Shown in pieces: positions 48,001-60,000 of a stretch of 64,000 nt of DNA. The notes beneath the pieces are model-generated. The model ran no database searches and was not told the DNA's origin. It saw nothing but the letters and a program-made list of their open reading frames with translations. The stretch covers positions 2,604,001 through 2,668,000 of the forward strand of contig JBLDXI010000024.1 of NCBI GenBank assembly GCA_047495785.1, given 5' to 3'. The position numbers and the translations under genes are program-made. This DNA comes from Lepidodermella squamata. Lineage: Eukaryota; Animalia; Gastrotricha. Each line of letters begins with the position of its first letter. The first letter of the stretch is position 1.

Positions 48001-51000
48001 TAAGTTTTTATTCTTCAATTTTAATTGGCAATTAATTAAATTCTTGGAACTAAAACGTGTCCCATAATTAACGCAAGCAAAGAAATGCAGGGAAAAGGGT
48101 TGAGAAACTCTAAAATGAGAGACGAAGTCGCATCTCATGGACAGAAAATTGTTTGAAAATTTCGAAAAAATCACGAAAATAGTCATCAAGCATGTCACTT
48201 GTTAATGGGATAAATAAATTCGGTGAAATTCGATCTAACCGGCTAAAATACCGAAAATTACCGCACCAGTAACCATCGGGGTTTTCCAGAATTTCTCCGG
48301 TAAATATTTTATTTCTTGGGTTAAATCGCGGATGAGAGATTAACTATCCTCTCGGTAGGTTCAATTTATTAAAATTCTCCCAAAAAGTTGCTGAATTGCG
48401 CATTTTCTGGGACACGCTGCAGGTCACTGAAATGAGATTTTCGAACATGAATAAATCACATTTTTTCTTTTCCGAATTTAAGCTGACTACGGATGATTTA
48501 TTTGTATTTTGTGAGACCTGAAATCCGAACAGCCCTTGTGGCCTAATGGCAAGGCGTTGGACTTCTAATTCAAAGATTGTGGGTTCGAGTCCCACCAGGG
48601 GCGAAATACTTTTTGTAGTCACCCTACTTCGATTTTACGATGAAAAATCGTGAAAATTCGGAAAAAATATTGCACCCCCGGCGGGACTCGAACCCGCAAT
48701 CTTCGGCTTAGGAGGCCGACGCCTTGCCATTAGGCCACAAGGGCTGCTTGAATCACCCGGCGTTAACATTTTATTTCAAAAAATCAACACAAAAATATAT
48801 CAATTAATTCATTTTTTTCCAGATGCAAAAGCGTCATTGGGAACGCATTGAAACGCTAGTCGGGCACAAATTCGACTACGAATCTGAAAATTTCTGCCTC
48901 CGAGACCTCATGAAAGCTCCGCTCCTAAAATACCGCGAAGACATCGAAGACATCTGCATATCAGCCGGGAAGGAAAAGGACATCGAAGCCAAACTCAAAG
49001 TCGTAATCGCCGACTGGACAACTCGCGCATTTTTATTCGCCACCTTCAAAAACAAGGGCGAATTACTGTTGAAAGGCGACATGGTTCAGGAATTAATCGC
49101 GGCTCTGGAAGACAGTCTCATGGTACTAGGATCGTTAATGTCAAACCGCTATAACGTGCCATTCAAGCCGAAAATACAAGAATGGGTGTTCAAACTGTCG
49201 ACTACGTCAGAAATCATCGAAAAATGGATGTATGTTCAAAATTTATGGGTATACCTCGAAGCCGTTTTCGTAGGCGGTGATATCGCTAAACAACTACCTG
49301 TTGAGGCGAAACGATTCTCAAATATCGATAAATCGTGGCAAAACGTTATGCGGCGGGCCCATGAAAATAGCAATGTCGTAATTTGCTGTACGGCCGATGA
49401 CACACTGGCCCAGATTTTGCCGCATTTGAGCGAGCAGTTGGAACTGTGTCAAAAATCGCTGGCCGGCTATTTGGAGAAGAAGCGGTTGCAATTTCCGCGA
49501 TTTTTCTTCGTCTCAGATCCGCAGTTGTTGGAAATTTTGGGACAGGCCAGCGATTCGCATACTATTCAGTCGCATTTACTGTCAATTTTTGACAACACGA
49601 AAAGCGTCAGATTTGATGAAAAGGTAAACAAATTCATCTTAAAAATTTGAAATTTGAATTTTTCGATTTATTTATTTGAAATTCTTTACAAGTTTTGAAG
49701 AATAAGAAAAAATTCTGAAAATTTCAAATAAACTTCTTCGCAATATTTCCGATTTCCTGCAATTTTTTTGTTTTTCAGCTATATGACAAAATTATCGCGG
49801 TTTTATCGAGCGAGGGCGAGATGATATTGTTGGAAAACTACGTCATGGCTACAGGCAATGTTGAAGCCTGGCTATCTGAGCTTCTAAAAGAGTCACGTCG
49901 ATCTCTGAATGCCGTTATCCGATCAGCATGGATAACTATTCAAGATGTCCAATCCTTCAAATTGCTCGATTTTGAAAATCAATTTCCAGCTCAAGTCGGT
50001 TTATTGGGAATTCAAATGGTTTGGACTCGTGAGTTTTCGCTGGTTTTAAAGTTCAAGAACAAAAATTGAAATTTTTCAAATTTTCAGGCGATGCCGAGGA
50101 GGCTTTGTACGCAGCTCGGCACGATAAGCGAGCAATGTTGGCCGCAAATCAGCATTTCCTCGATATTCTAAACGAATTAATCGACGTCACAACGAAGGAA
50201 TTGTCGAAATTCGAACGAATCAAATTTGAAACCCTAATCACGATTCATGTTCACCAGCGCGATATTTTCGATGATCTCGTTAAAATGCACATCAAATCGT
50301 GCTACGACTTTGAGTGGCTCAAGCAGAGCCGGTTCTACTTCCGCGAGGAGGAGGACCGATGTGTTGTCTCGATCACAAACGTCGATTTCGTGTATCAGAA
50401 CGAGTTCTTAGGCTGTACTGATCGACTTGTAATCACACCGTTAACTGATCGATGCTACATTACGTTAGCCCAGGCGCTTGGAATGGCGATGGGTGGTGCT
50501 CCTGCAGGTAAATTTTCTTGAGAGATGCGATTACGCAACAATGACCAAGCTAATTACTGCGCGCTGATCGGTTAGTGCGTTTGGCATTAGTGCGCGCGCG
50601 AGCTATTTTATTGCGCACTTTATGGCCAATGAGAGCGCGACCCAATTATTAAGCACGCGCACTAATGCCGGACGCTAATTACTGCGAAAAATGACACTTT
50701 CTTGCTGATTACTCTTTAGGGCCGGCTGGTACTGGGAAGACGGAAACCACAAAAGACATGGGCCGTTGCCTTGGCAAGTACGTAGTAGTCTTCAACTGCT
50801 CAGATCAAATGGACTACCGCGGTCTTGGCCGCATTTACAAAGGCCTAGCCCAATCCGGATCTTGGGGCTGTTTTGACGAGTTCAACCGCATTGATCTACC
50901 TGTCCTTTCCGTCGCCGCTCAACAAATTGCTATCATCCTTACGTGTAAAAAGGAGAAACGCAGCCAGTTCATCTTCACCGACGGCGATATAGTCGATATG

Positions 51001-54000
51001 GACCCGGAATTCGGCCTGTTTCTCACAATGAACCCGGGTTACGCCGGTCGACAGGAGTTGCCTGAGAATTTGAAAATCAATTTCAGGACTTGCGCGATGA
51101 TGGTGCCAGACCGGGCTATCATCATGCGGGTCAAATTAGCCTCGGCCGGTTTCCAGCAAAACGTGATGTTGTCGAAAAAATTCTACACTTTGTACAAACT
51201 TTGCGAGGAGCAATTGTCTAAACAAGTTCATTATGATTTCGGGTTACGTAACATTTTGTCTGTTCTACGCACCCTGGGCACTGTAAAGCGTGGCAATCCT
51301 AACGACCCTGAGCCAGCGATTGTCATGCGAGTTCTAAGAGATATGAATCTGTCGAAATTGGTCGATGAAGACGAGCCACTTTTCATGAGTTTGATCGACG
51401 ATTTAGGCATGGTCCTACCTAAAGCCGGTTACCCCCAGGTCGAGTCGGCTATCGATGCTCAGGTCAAGGAGTCGAAATTAATCAATCACCCTGCTTGGAC
51501 GTTGAAGTTGATTCAGCTGTATGAAACGCAACGAGTTCGGCACGGTATCATGACTTTAGGGCCGACTGGAGCTGGCAAGTCGAAATGTATCAATATTTTG
51601 CTGAAGGCCATGACAGACTGCGGTCAGCCTCATAAGGAATGGCGAATGAATCCTAAATCTATTACAGCTCCTCAAATGTTCGGTCGCTTGGACGGTTGGT
51701 TTTTTAATTTTCAACGAAATCTAATGGCATTATTCCAATTTTTCTGAATGCTTGGCCAACATTTAGACTTAATTTTAATATATATTTTTATTCGGTTCTA
51801 TGTCAATTGAGCAAACGAAAATTGAGCAACGAAAATAGAGCAAGGGCTTTTGAGCAACGATATTAGAGCAAACGAAATTAGAGCAAAACGACTTCTGAGC
51901 AAACGAAATTAGAGCAAAACGAGATTAGAGCAAAACGACACGAGAGCAAATTTAATAATTAATTGCAGCTGTTGTTTATTTTAAATAAAATTTGCTCTCG
52001 TGTCGTTTTGCTCTAATCTCGTTTTGCTCAAAAGTCGTTTTGCTCTAATTTCGTTTGCTCAGAAGTCGTTTTGCTCTAATTTCGTTTGCTCAGAAGTCGT
52101 TTTGCTCTAATTTCGTTTGCTCTAATATCGTTGCTCAAAAGCCCTTGCTCTATTTTCGTTGCTCAATTTTCGTTTGCTCAATTGACATAGAACCTTTTAT
52201 TCCCATCGATTCCTGGATTTGTTCAATTTTTCAAATTTTCAATTTTTTCAATTTTTTCAATTTTTTCAATTATTAAAACTATTAAAAATTTTTAATTTCT
52301 TTCAATTTAAACAAAAATTGAAAGTTTTTCAGATTTTTGAAATTTGTGAAGGTTTTAAAAAAATTTCAAATTTCAAGGAAATTTTATGATAATCGCCATT
52401 ACTGCTACTTTTCGACCAATTTGCACAATTTCGCGAATAAAGTACTAAGAATTGTTTGAACTGGTACTTCGAGGAGATGAATAATCGACATTTTGTTACC
52501 AAAAGTAGCTTTTCCGAAAATGGAACAAACTCAAATTTCCTATAATTTATTTTCAGTTGCAACTAACGATTGGACTGACGGCATTTTCTCAACACTTTGG
52601 CGAAAATCGCTGAAAATCAAGAAAACCGAAAATGTCTGGATCATCCTCGACGGCCCAGTCGACGCTATCTGGATCGAAAATCTCAACTCCGTACTGGACG
52701 ATAACAAAACCCTAACCCTAGCCAACGGCGATCGTATCGGCATGGCTCCGAACTGCAAACTGGTCTTCGAAGTCGATGTAATCGACAACGCCTCGCCGGC
52801 TACTGTCTCGCGAATGGGCATGGTCTACATGTCAAGTTCCCAGCTTGATTGGCAGCCTATTCTAAGGGCTTGGTTACTAAAACGGCCGCCTAATCAAGAG
52901 GCGCTGATTTTCGGGACATTCGACTGTTGCTTCACCGAACTCTACGTCTGCGTTTCTCAGGTCCTAAACCCGAAAATGAATGCGTTAGAATGCATCTACA
53001 TCCGACAGGCCTGCGATTTATTGGACGCCTTATTAGCTCCATTCGAAGATCAGCGGGACATTAATCAGGATCATTTGAAACGGCTGATAATTTTTGCGAT
53101 TATGTGGTCGCTAGGGGCGTTGCTGGAGTTGAATGATCGGCGGAAATTCGAGGAAACGTGGTACAATCTACCGGCTAGACTCCCGCTACCTAATCGGACT
53201 GATGATTCGAGTCTTTTCGAGTATGTTGTAGCTGACAATGGCGAGTGGCAGCATTGGTCTGAGAGGGTGCCTGAATTCATCTATCCGACTGATTCGACCC
53301 CGGAATACACGTCGATTCTTGTGCCGAATGTCGATAATATCAGGACGGATTTTCTGATCGATTTGATTGCGAGGCAGGGCAAGGCGGTTTTGCTGATTGG
53401 CGAGCAAGGAACGGCGAAAACTGTTATCATCAAAGGATATGGGTTGAAGTACAATCCTGAGAGGCACATGTTTAAGGTGAGTGGGACGGGGCGTGTTTAA
53501 CAGAGGCGCCGCTAGTGTAACGGTATCATACAAGATTCCCATTCTTGTGACCCGGGTTCGACTCCCGGGCGGCGCATATATACTTTTTGATACAAATATT
53601 CGCATTTTTTCATAACTCCGATAATATAAAACCAATATTCAATAAAAAAACGATGAGAGCTATTTTAATTCAAATTTCTTACTTTTCGAAGGAATTTAAA
53701 GGAATTTTAACGACCCTGAATTTCGAACAGCCCTTGTGGCCTAATGGCAAGGCGTTGGACTTCTAATTCAAAGATTGTGGGTTCGAGTCCCACCAGGGGC
53801 GAAATACTTTTTTCAGTCGCCCTACTTTGAATATTATTAAAAATAATTGTGAGAATTCGTAAAAATATTGCACCCCCGGCGGGACTCGAACCCGCAATCT
53901 TCGGCTTAGGAGGCCGACGCCTTGCCATTAGGCCACAAGGGCTGCTTGAATCACCCAGCATTAGCCATTAGCCTTAAATTTCAAACAATTGGCTCCATTT

Positions 54001-57000
54001 TAATATTGTCGCATCGAAACGCTACTGAGGCACACATACAACCGAGAATCTGATATTTGCATTTAACAATCAAAATTGAACCAAAACAGCTTCTCCTAAT
54101 CCATCTTAAAACAAAATATCCAGTTGACATCCAGTATCATTAGCTATTATGTTAAGTTCCCGAACTGCTTCAAAAACGTGTCGGAACAGCTTTGGATTGT
54201 TCAAAGCAGGTTCCATAAAGTGAAGGGCTGAAGTGGGTAGGAACAAAGAGATTTGCCGCATTCAAATACATTTCAACCATCGAAAAACCAGCAAGAATCG
54301 CAGCCTATCCCTGCCTATTCAGCTGAAATCGATAATGCAAAGAAAACTGCGGATTGTAAGCACTGCCATCAATCCTGAACACAGTTTTCTACTTCTCCAG
54401 TTGACATATTGCTTCCTTGGCTATAGTTTTAGTAAATGTGCATTCTAAGGGAACCCTGACATGTGGTACATTACTAATTACTAATATCCCTCGGGATGTA
54501 ATATGCAATTCTTGGAACTTCATTCGCAAGCCATGTTGTATTCCCTTGTGCTGACATCAAACTATGTAGAATCACGGTTACATCGATGCAACGCCAACCT
54601 TCGACTTGAATAACGCAGTAATGCATCTCTTCAGCTTGTAAATATCATTAGTAAAGCCCGGGCGGACACTTTGAATCATCGGTCCTAAAATGAACGCCAT
54701 CATGAAGATTACGGCTGTTAGCTTGTGGAATTCAGCCGTCAGAACCTGAGGCCCGAGATCTTCGTAGAAAATAACGAGAATGAACGCGATCAAAGCTGGA
54801 ACGTGGAAAATTGTGAAAGCGAGAAGGGATACGATAGATTGCTTGACAAAAAATAGCTCGCGTTTCTGCCATTCTTCGTGCATGACTCTCTGGGTCGGAG
54901 TCGCACCAGAGCGAGTCGAGCTACCTAACGTGTTGTTTTTATGTCCGCGCGAACGCGTAGGAGTCATCTGCCTCTGAATCGAATGGATTTTGCTGAAAAC
55001 TCTCCTGGCGAACAAAATCATTCAGCTTCTTTAAGCAATTTTAACCAAGACTCACCAATAGTTATAAGCTATCATTGATTCTGGCACTAGCACTACAACA
55101 ATCGCGTAGTAGACTGTGATAAGAATCGAGGAATCGTATTTGCCGAATATTCGATAGTCAAAGCTCGCGCAGATAGGTACAGCTGTGCCATTGTTCACGC
55201 CAGGTACGACTATGTACTTCACAGTGAACGATTGTAAGGGGTAGAACGAGAGAGTTGCCCATGTTAAAGAAATCAAAACCATCGAAATAACAGCAAGAAT
55301 GGCAACCTAGAAAATTCGGAAAATTACAAGCATTTCTTATTGAGCTTGATTTCCACCTTCTTTGAGTTCGATCTCGAATTCGGGTCGTTCGAGAGCAAGC
55401 ATAGTTTCCTCTCGTAGCTGATAAGCATGAAAATCCAGGGACCAGTTGATCCACAGGTGAAGAGGAACCACTGCAAGCAGACACAGCTCAGCTCACTGCC
55501 GTCCCAGAATCCAGTTCGGACTGTCATCGCGACGAGGACGGTGAAGGTGGCGCAGAAAAGGGTGCAACTAGCCGCTAAAATCGAGCTTAGAACAAGAAAA
55601 TCCCGTCGAACTTGCCTTTTTTGATAAATAACAATGTTAGCGACATTCGCGGCAGCTACAAGTAGTGTCGAAACAGAGAAAATTAGGACGAAAGTAAGTC
55701 GATGCTCGAGAGTTGTAGCTCCCAAATCGTGATACCATCCCACAAAGTAAGGCCTTGGTTCAGGGAACCCACGCTCGGGAAATTGCGCCAAAATCCACGA
55801 TTTACCAATTATTGCATAATTTGAATAATTCATTGCCGAAAGAATCTACGAGATGGAAACAAATTATAAACCTGCAACATGATGATATTACTTCAAACAG
55901 AATGTATTCTAACAATTCGACACCGTTCAAATAAAAAAATCCTCATCAACAATTCATTTGCAAATCTGGATACTTAATTCAATACTCGACTTTGAATTCC
56001 TTAAATATAGTCTGGCGTGGGATTTGAGAGACTTTAAAAGGAGGAGGTAGGTGGTTTGGAAAGCCGGATTTTAAACGGCTAAAAGCATAACTGACATTTA
56101 TTCGTCTTTATTCACGGCGGAAGTCGTGGAAAAAGGTTGATGATCAGCTAATGCAAGATAAGTTATACTGTACTCAAGTTTCAATTTTTCAACTTCCGAA
56201 GTCGGCTGCATTACACATTCCTAACTTCCAACGTCCATTAGTGAATGAGATAGTCAGAAATCAGATGGCGTATTGCTCCAGACCGCGCCTTTGGGGACAC
56301 TGACGCACAGCCAGGTGACGCAAAGCTTCGATTGTGACTCTTGAGCGGATGGAAAATTTGTGAGGTCTGACATTTTCCGAAGTGCGAGTTAATCCGCGAC
56401 GTGAACGGGCTGGGTTTCAGGATTAAGGTAAGGGTCAGGTTTAGGTCGATTAAGGGCCTTCACTTCCTTACACTTCACAATTTTCACGCGGAAAGAATTT
56501 CCTACGTGATAGTCCGCTATCATTTTCCAGCCCGAAGTGAAGAACAAAATATGCATGAAGAAACGTAAAAATTGTGGGTTACTTTTGACTCAATTGAAAC
56601 CTGGGGCGAAATACTCATACCTTAATTTTCACTCTTCTTGAATTTTCTTGCAAAAAATCATGGGCGATTGGAAAAAATAGTGCACCCCCGGCGGGACTCG
56701 AACCCGCAATCTTCGGCTTAGGAGGCCGACGCCTTGCCATTAGGCCACAAGGGCTGCTGACTTTATCCTAATCCTTGCCGCTTAATTTATTATCTATTTT
56801 TTAATTTCAGTCGTTCAATTTCTCATCTGCAACTACGCCACTCATGGTCCAACGAACAATCGAATCCTACGTCGACAAACGTGTCGGAACTACCTACGGC
56901 CCGCCCTCGGGCAAGAAAATGACCATATTCATCGACGACATCAACATGCCGATCATCAACGAATGGGGCGATCAAGTCACTAACGAAATCACGCGACAAA

Positions 57001-60000
57001 TGATGGAAAACGTCGGGTTTTACAACCTCGAAAAACCCGGTGAATTCACGTCGTTAGTCGACATTCAATTCGTAGCCGCAATGCCACACCCAGGCGGGGG
57101 TAGGAACGACATACCTAACCGGTTGAAACGCCAATTCAACATTTTCAACTGCACCCTGCCGTCGAATGCTAGTATCGACAAAATCTTTGGGACATTAGGC
57201 CTGGGCCACTTTTGCCCTGAAAGACGCTTCCAACCCCAAGTCATCGAGGTAATTCAAAAGTTGATTCCAGCCACGAGAAAATTGTGGCAAAGGGTTAAAA
57301 TTCGAATGTTGCCAACCCCGGCCAAATTTCACTACATCTTCAACCTTCGAGATCTGAGTCGAATCTGGCAGGGAATGCTGAATGTCATCGCTGATATCGT
57401 CAATACCCCAGCTATGGCCTTACTTCTTTGGAAACACGAATGTTGCCGGGTTATCTCAGACCGATTCACCATTCAACAGGATAAGGATTGGTTCGAAAAG
57501 GCGCTGAGGAATATCGTTGAGGAGGATATCGACCCGCATCTGGTGTCAGCCTTACCTCCTGATCCTATGTTTCTCGACTTTTTGAGGGAAGCCCCGGAGG
57601 CGACTGGCGAGGATGCGGATGATGTTGATTTTGAGGCGCCGAAAATTTACGAGCCAGTTACGTCGCTCGACCAGCTCGAGCATCGCCTTCACGCCTTCAT
57701 GGATCAGTACAATACCGAAGTTCGAGGGGCGAATATGGATTTGGTGTTCTTCAAAGATGCCATGTCGCATTTGCTGCGGATCTCGAGGATTATTCGTACG
57801 CCAAGGGGTAATGCCTTGTTGGTGGGTGTTGGCGGGTCTGGCAAGCAGAGTTTGACGAGATTGGCGTCGTTCATTGCCGGGTATCGGACTTTCCAGATCA
57901 CCCTCCATCGATCCTATGGCATTACTCATCTCATGGAGGATTTGAAATACCTTTTCAGGTGAAACATTAACATTTGTTTTGAATCATACTTTTCAATTTC
58001 GATTCTAGGACCGCGGGCACGGATGGTCAAGGAATAACTTTCATTTTCACGGATAACGAAATCAAAGACGAGGCTTTCCTTGAATACATGAATAACGTCC
58101 TCGCCTCGGGAGAAGTCTCTAACCTATTCGCTCGAGATGAAATCGACGAAATGATGGGTGTAAGTCTAACTCCTCTTTTCTTACTCCATCAGACCATTAG
58201 ATCCCTTGATTTTGCAGAACCTGATTCCAGTTATGAAGCGTCAATTCTCCAGGCGACCTCCAACCCCGGAAAATCTATACGACTTTTATTTGTCTCGAAT
58301 CCGAACCAACCTCCACATATGTCTGTGCTTCAGCCCGGTTGGCGAGAAATTCCGATCCCGAGCCCTCAAGTTCCCAGCCCTCATCTCGGGCTGCACCGTC
58401 GACTGGTTCACCAGATGGCCGAAAGACGCTTTACAGGCTGTCAGCCGCCATTTCTTGGCAGACCTCGAAATCGTGTGCACACCCGCTGTCAAAAACGCGT
58501 TGATGATCGTTATGGGCGAGTATCAAGACCAAGTCGCCGATGTATGCGGCGAGTATTTCGAACGCTTCCGGCGCCAAACTAGCGTCACCCCGAAATCATA
58601 CCTATCCTTCATCGCCGGGTTCAAATCGATCTACGACACGAAGAGAAATGAAATAGGGTCCATGGCATCTCGAATGAACACTGGTCTTCAAAAACTCGTT
58701 GAAGCAACCGTCTCAGTAAATGAACTAAGCAAGCTGTTGGTCGTTAAGGAAAAGGACCTAGCAATCGCATCAGCCGAAGCTGACAAGGTCTTGGCCGATG
58801 TAACGGTCTCAGCCCAAGCTGCGGAATCCGTAAAAAAGCAGGTTCAAGTCGTTAAGGACAAAGCGCAATCCCTCTACGATATAATCATGGCTGACAAAAG
58901 GACGGCAGAAGGCAAATTACAGGCGGCGAAACCTGCTTTGGCTGAGGCAGAAGCTGCTCTTCAGACTATCAAACCTGCCCATATTTCTACTGTCCGAAAA
59001 CTGGGCAAACCGCCTCATTTAATCATGAGAATCATGGATTGTGTCCTATTGCTGTTCCAGCGACACTTAGACCCCTTGACACCCGACCCTGAACGACCAT
59101 GCCCAAAGCCGTCGTGGAACGAGGCATTACGATTGATGGGCGGCAACCTTCTCAGCGGGCTTTTGAACTTCCCGAAGGATACGATTAATGAAGAAACTGT
59201 TGAATTGATGCTTCCTTATTTTGACATGGAGGACTACAACCTTGAAACTGCGAAGAAGGTTTGCGGTGACGTAGCCGGGCTTTGTTCGTGGACGAAAGCT
59301 ATGTCAACGTTTTTCGGCATCAATAAGGAAGTGTTACCATTAAAGGCGAACTTGGTCATCCAAGAGGCCAGACTCCAAGAAGCTGAGAAGAAACTCAAAA
59401 TCGCCCAAGGTCAGTTGGATGAAAAGCAAAGGGAACTAGACGCTGTGATGGCGATCTACAACGCAGCAATGGCTAGAAAACAGGCGTTAATTGACGACGC
59501 TGAGGCTTGTCGACGGAAAATGAATAATGCCGTGCTGCTGATTGATGGCCTGGCTGGGGAGAAGGTTCGTTGGACGGAATCTAGTCGGCAGTTTGACGCT
59601 CAAATTACTCGGCTTGTCGGCGATGTCCTTCTCTGTACTGGTTTCCTATCCTATGCTGGTCCTTTCAACCAAGAATTTCGAAGTTTGCTGATAAGGAGGT
59701 GGAAGAAGGAAATGATGAACCTGAAAATTCCATTCAGCGAGGATATCAAAATCATTGACGTAAGATATTTGTGAAACTTTTAGAAATCACTGAAATTCTT
59801 CGTTGCAGATGTTGGTCGACCCTGCTACTATAGGAGAATGGAATCTTCAAGGATTACCGAATGTAAGCTAGCCGAGCCCACCTTTGGCATATTCTTTGAT
59901 TAATGTTTGTTTAGGATGAGCTGTCCATTCAAAATGGTCTCATTGTCACGAAAGCCGCTCGGTATCCTCTCCTCATCGACCCTCAAGGTCAGGGTAAGAA

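Noticed and set aside
51085-51339. Reassignment of AGA/AGG codons, suggested by the abundant atypical AGR tRNAs
   Set aside because: AGG (51085, NFRT) and AGA (51337, VLRDMN) fall at conserved dynein Arg positions, so AGR encodes Arg.
51794-52194. CRISPR-like array
   Set aside because: No unique spacers; the repeats form two inverted arms with a TSD in a eukaryotic intron.
55307-55327. Ultra-short 21-nt GT-AG intron in the nested GPCR
   Set aside because: Wrong phase; an upstream donor (AAG|GTGGAA) gives an ordinary 50-nt in-frame intron.
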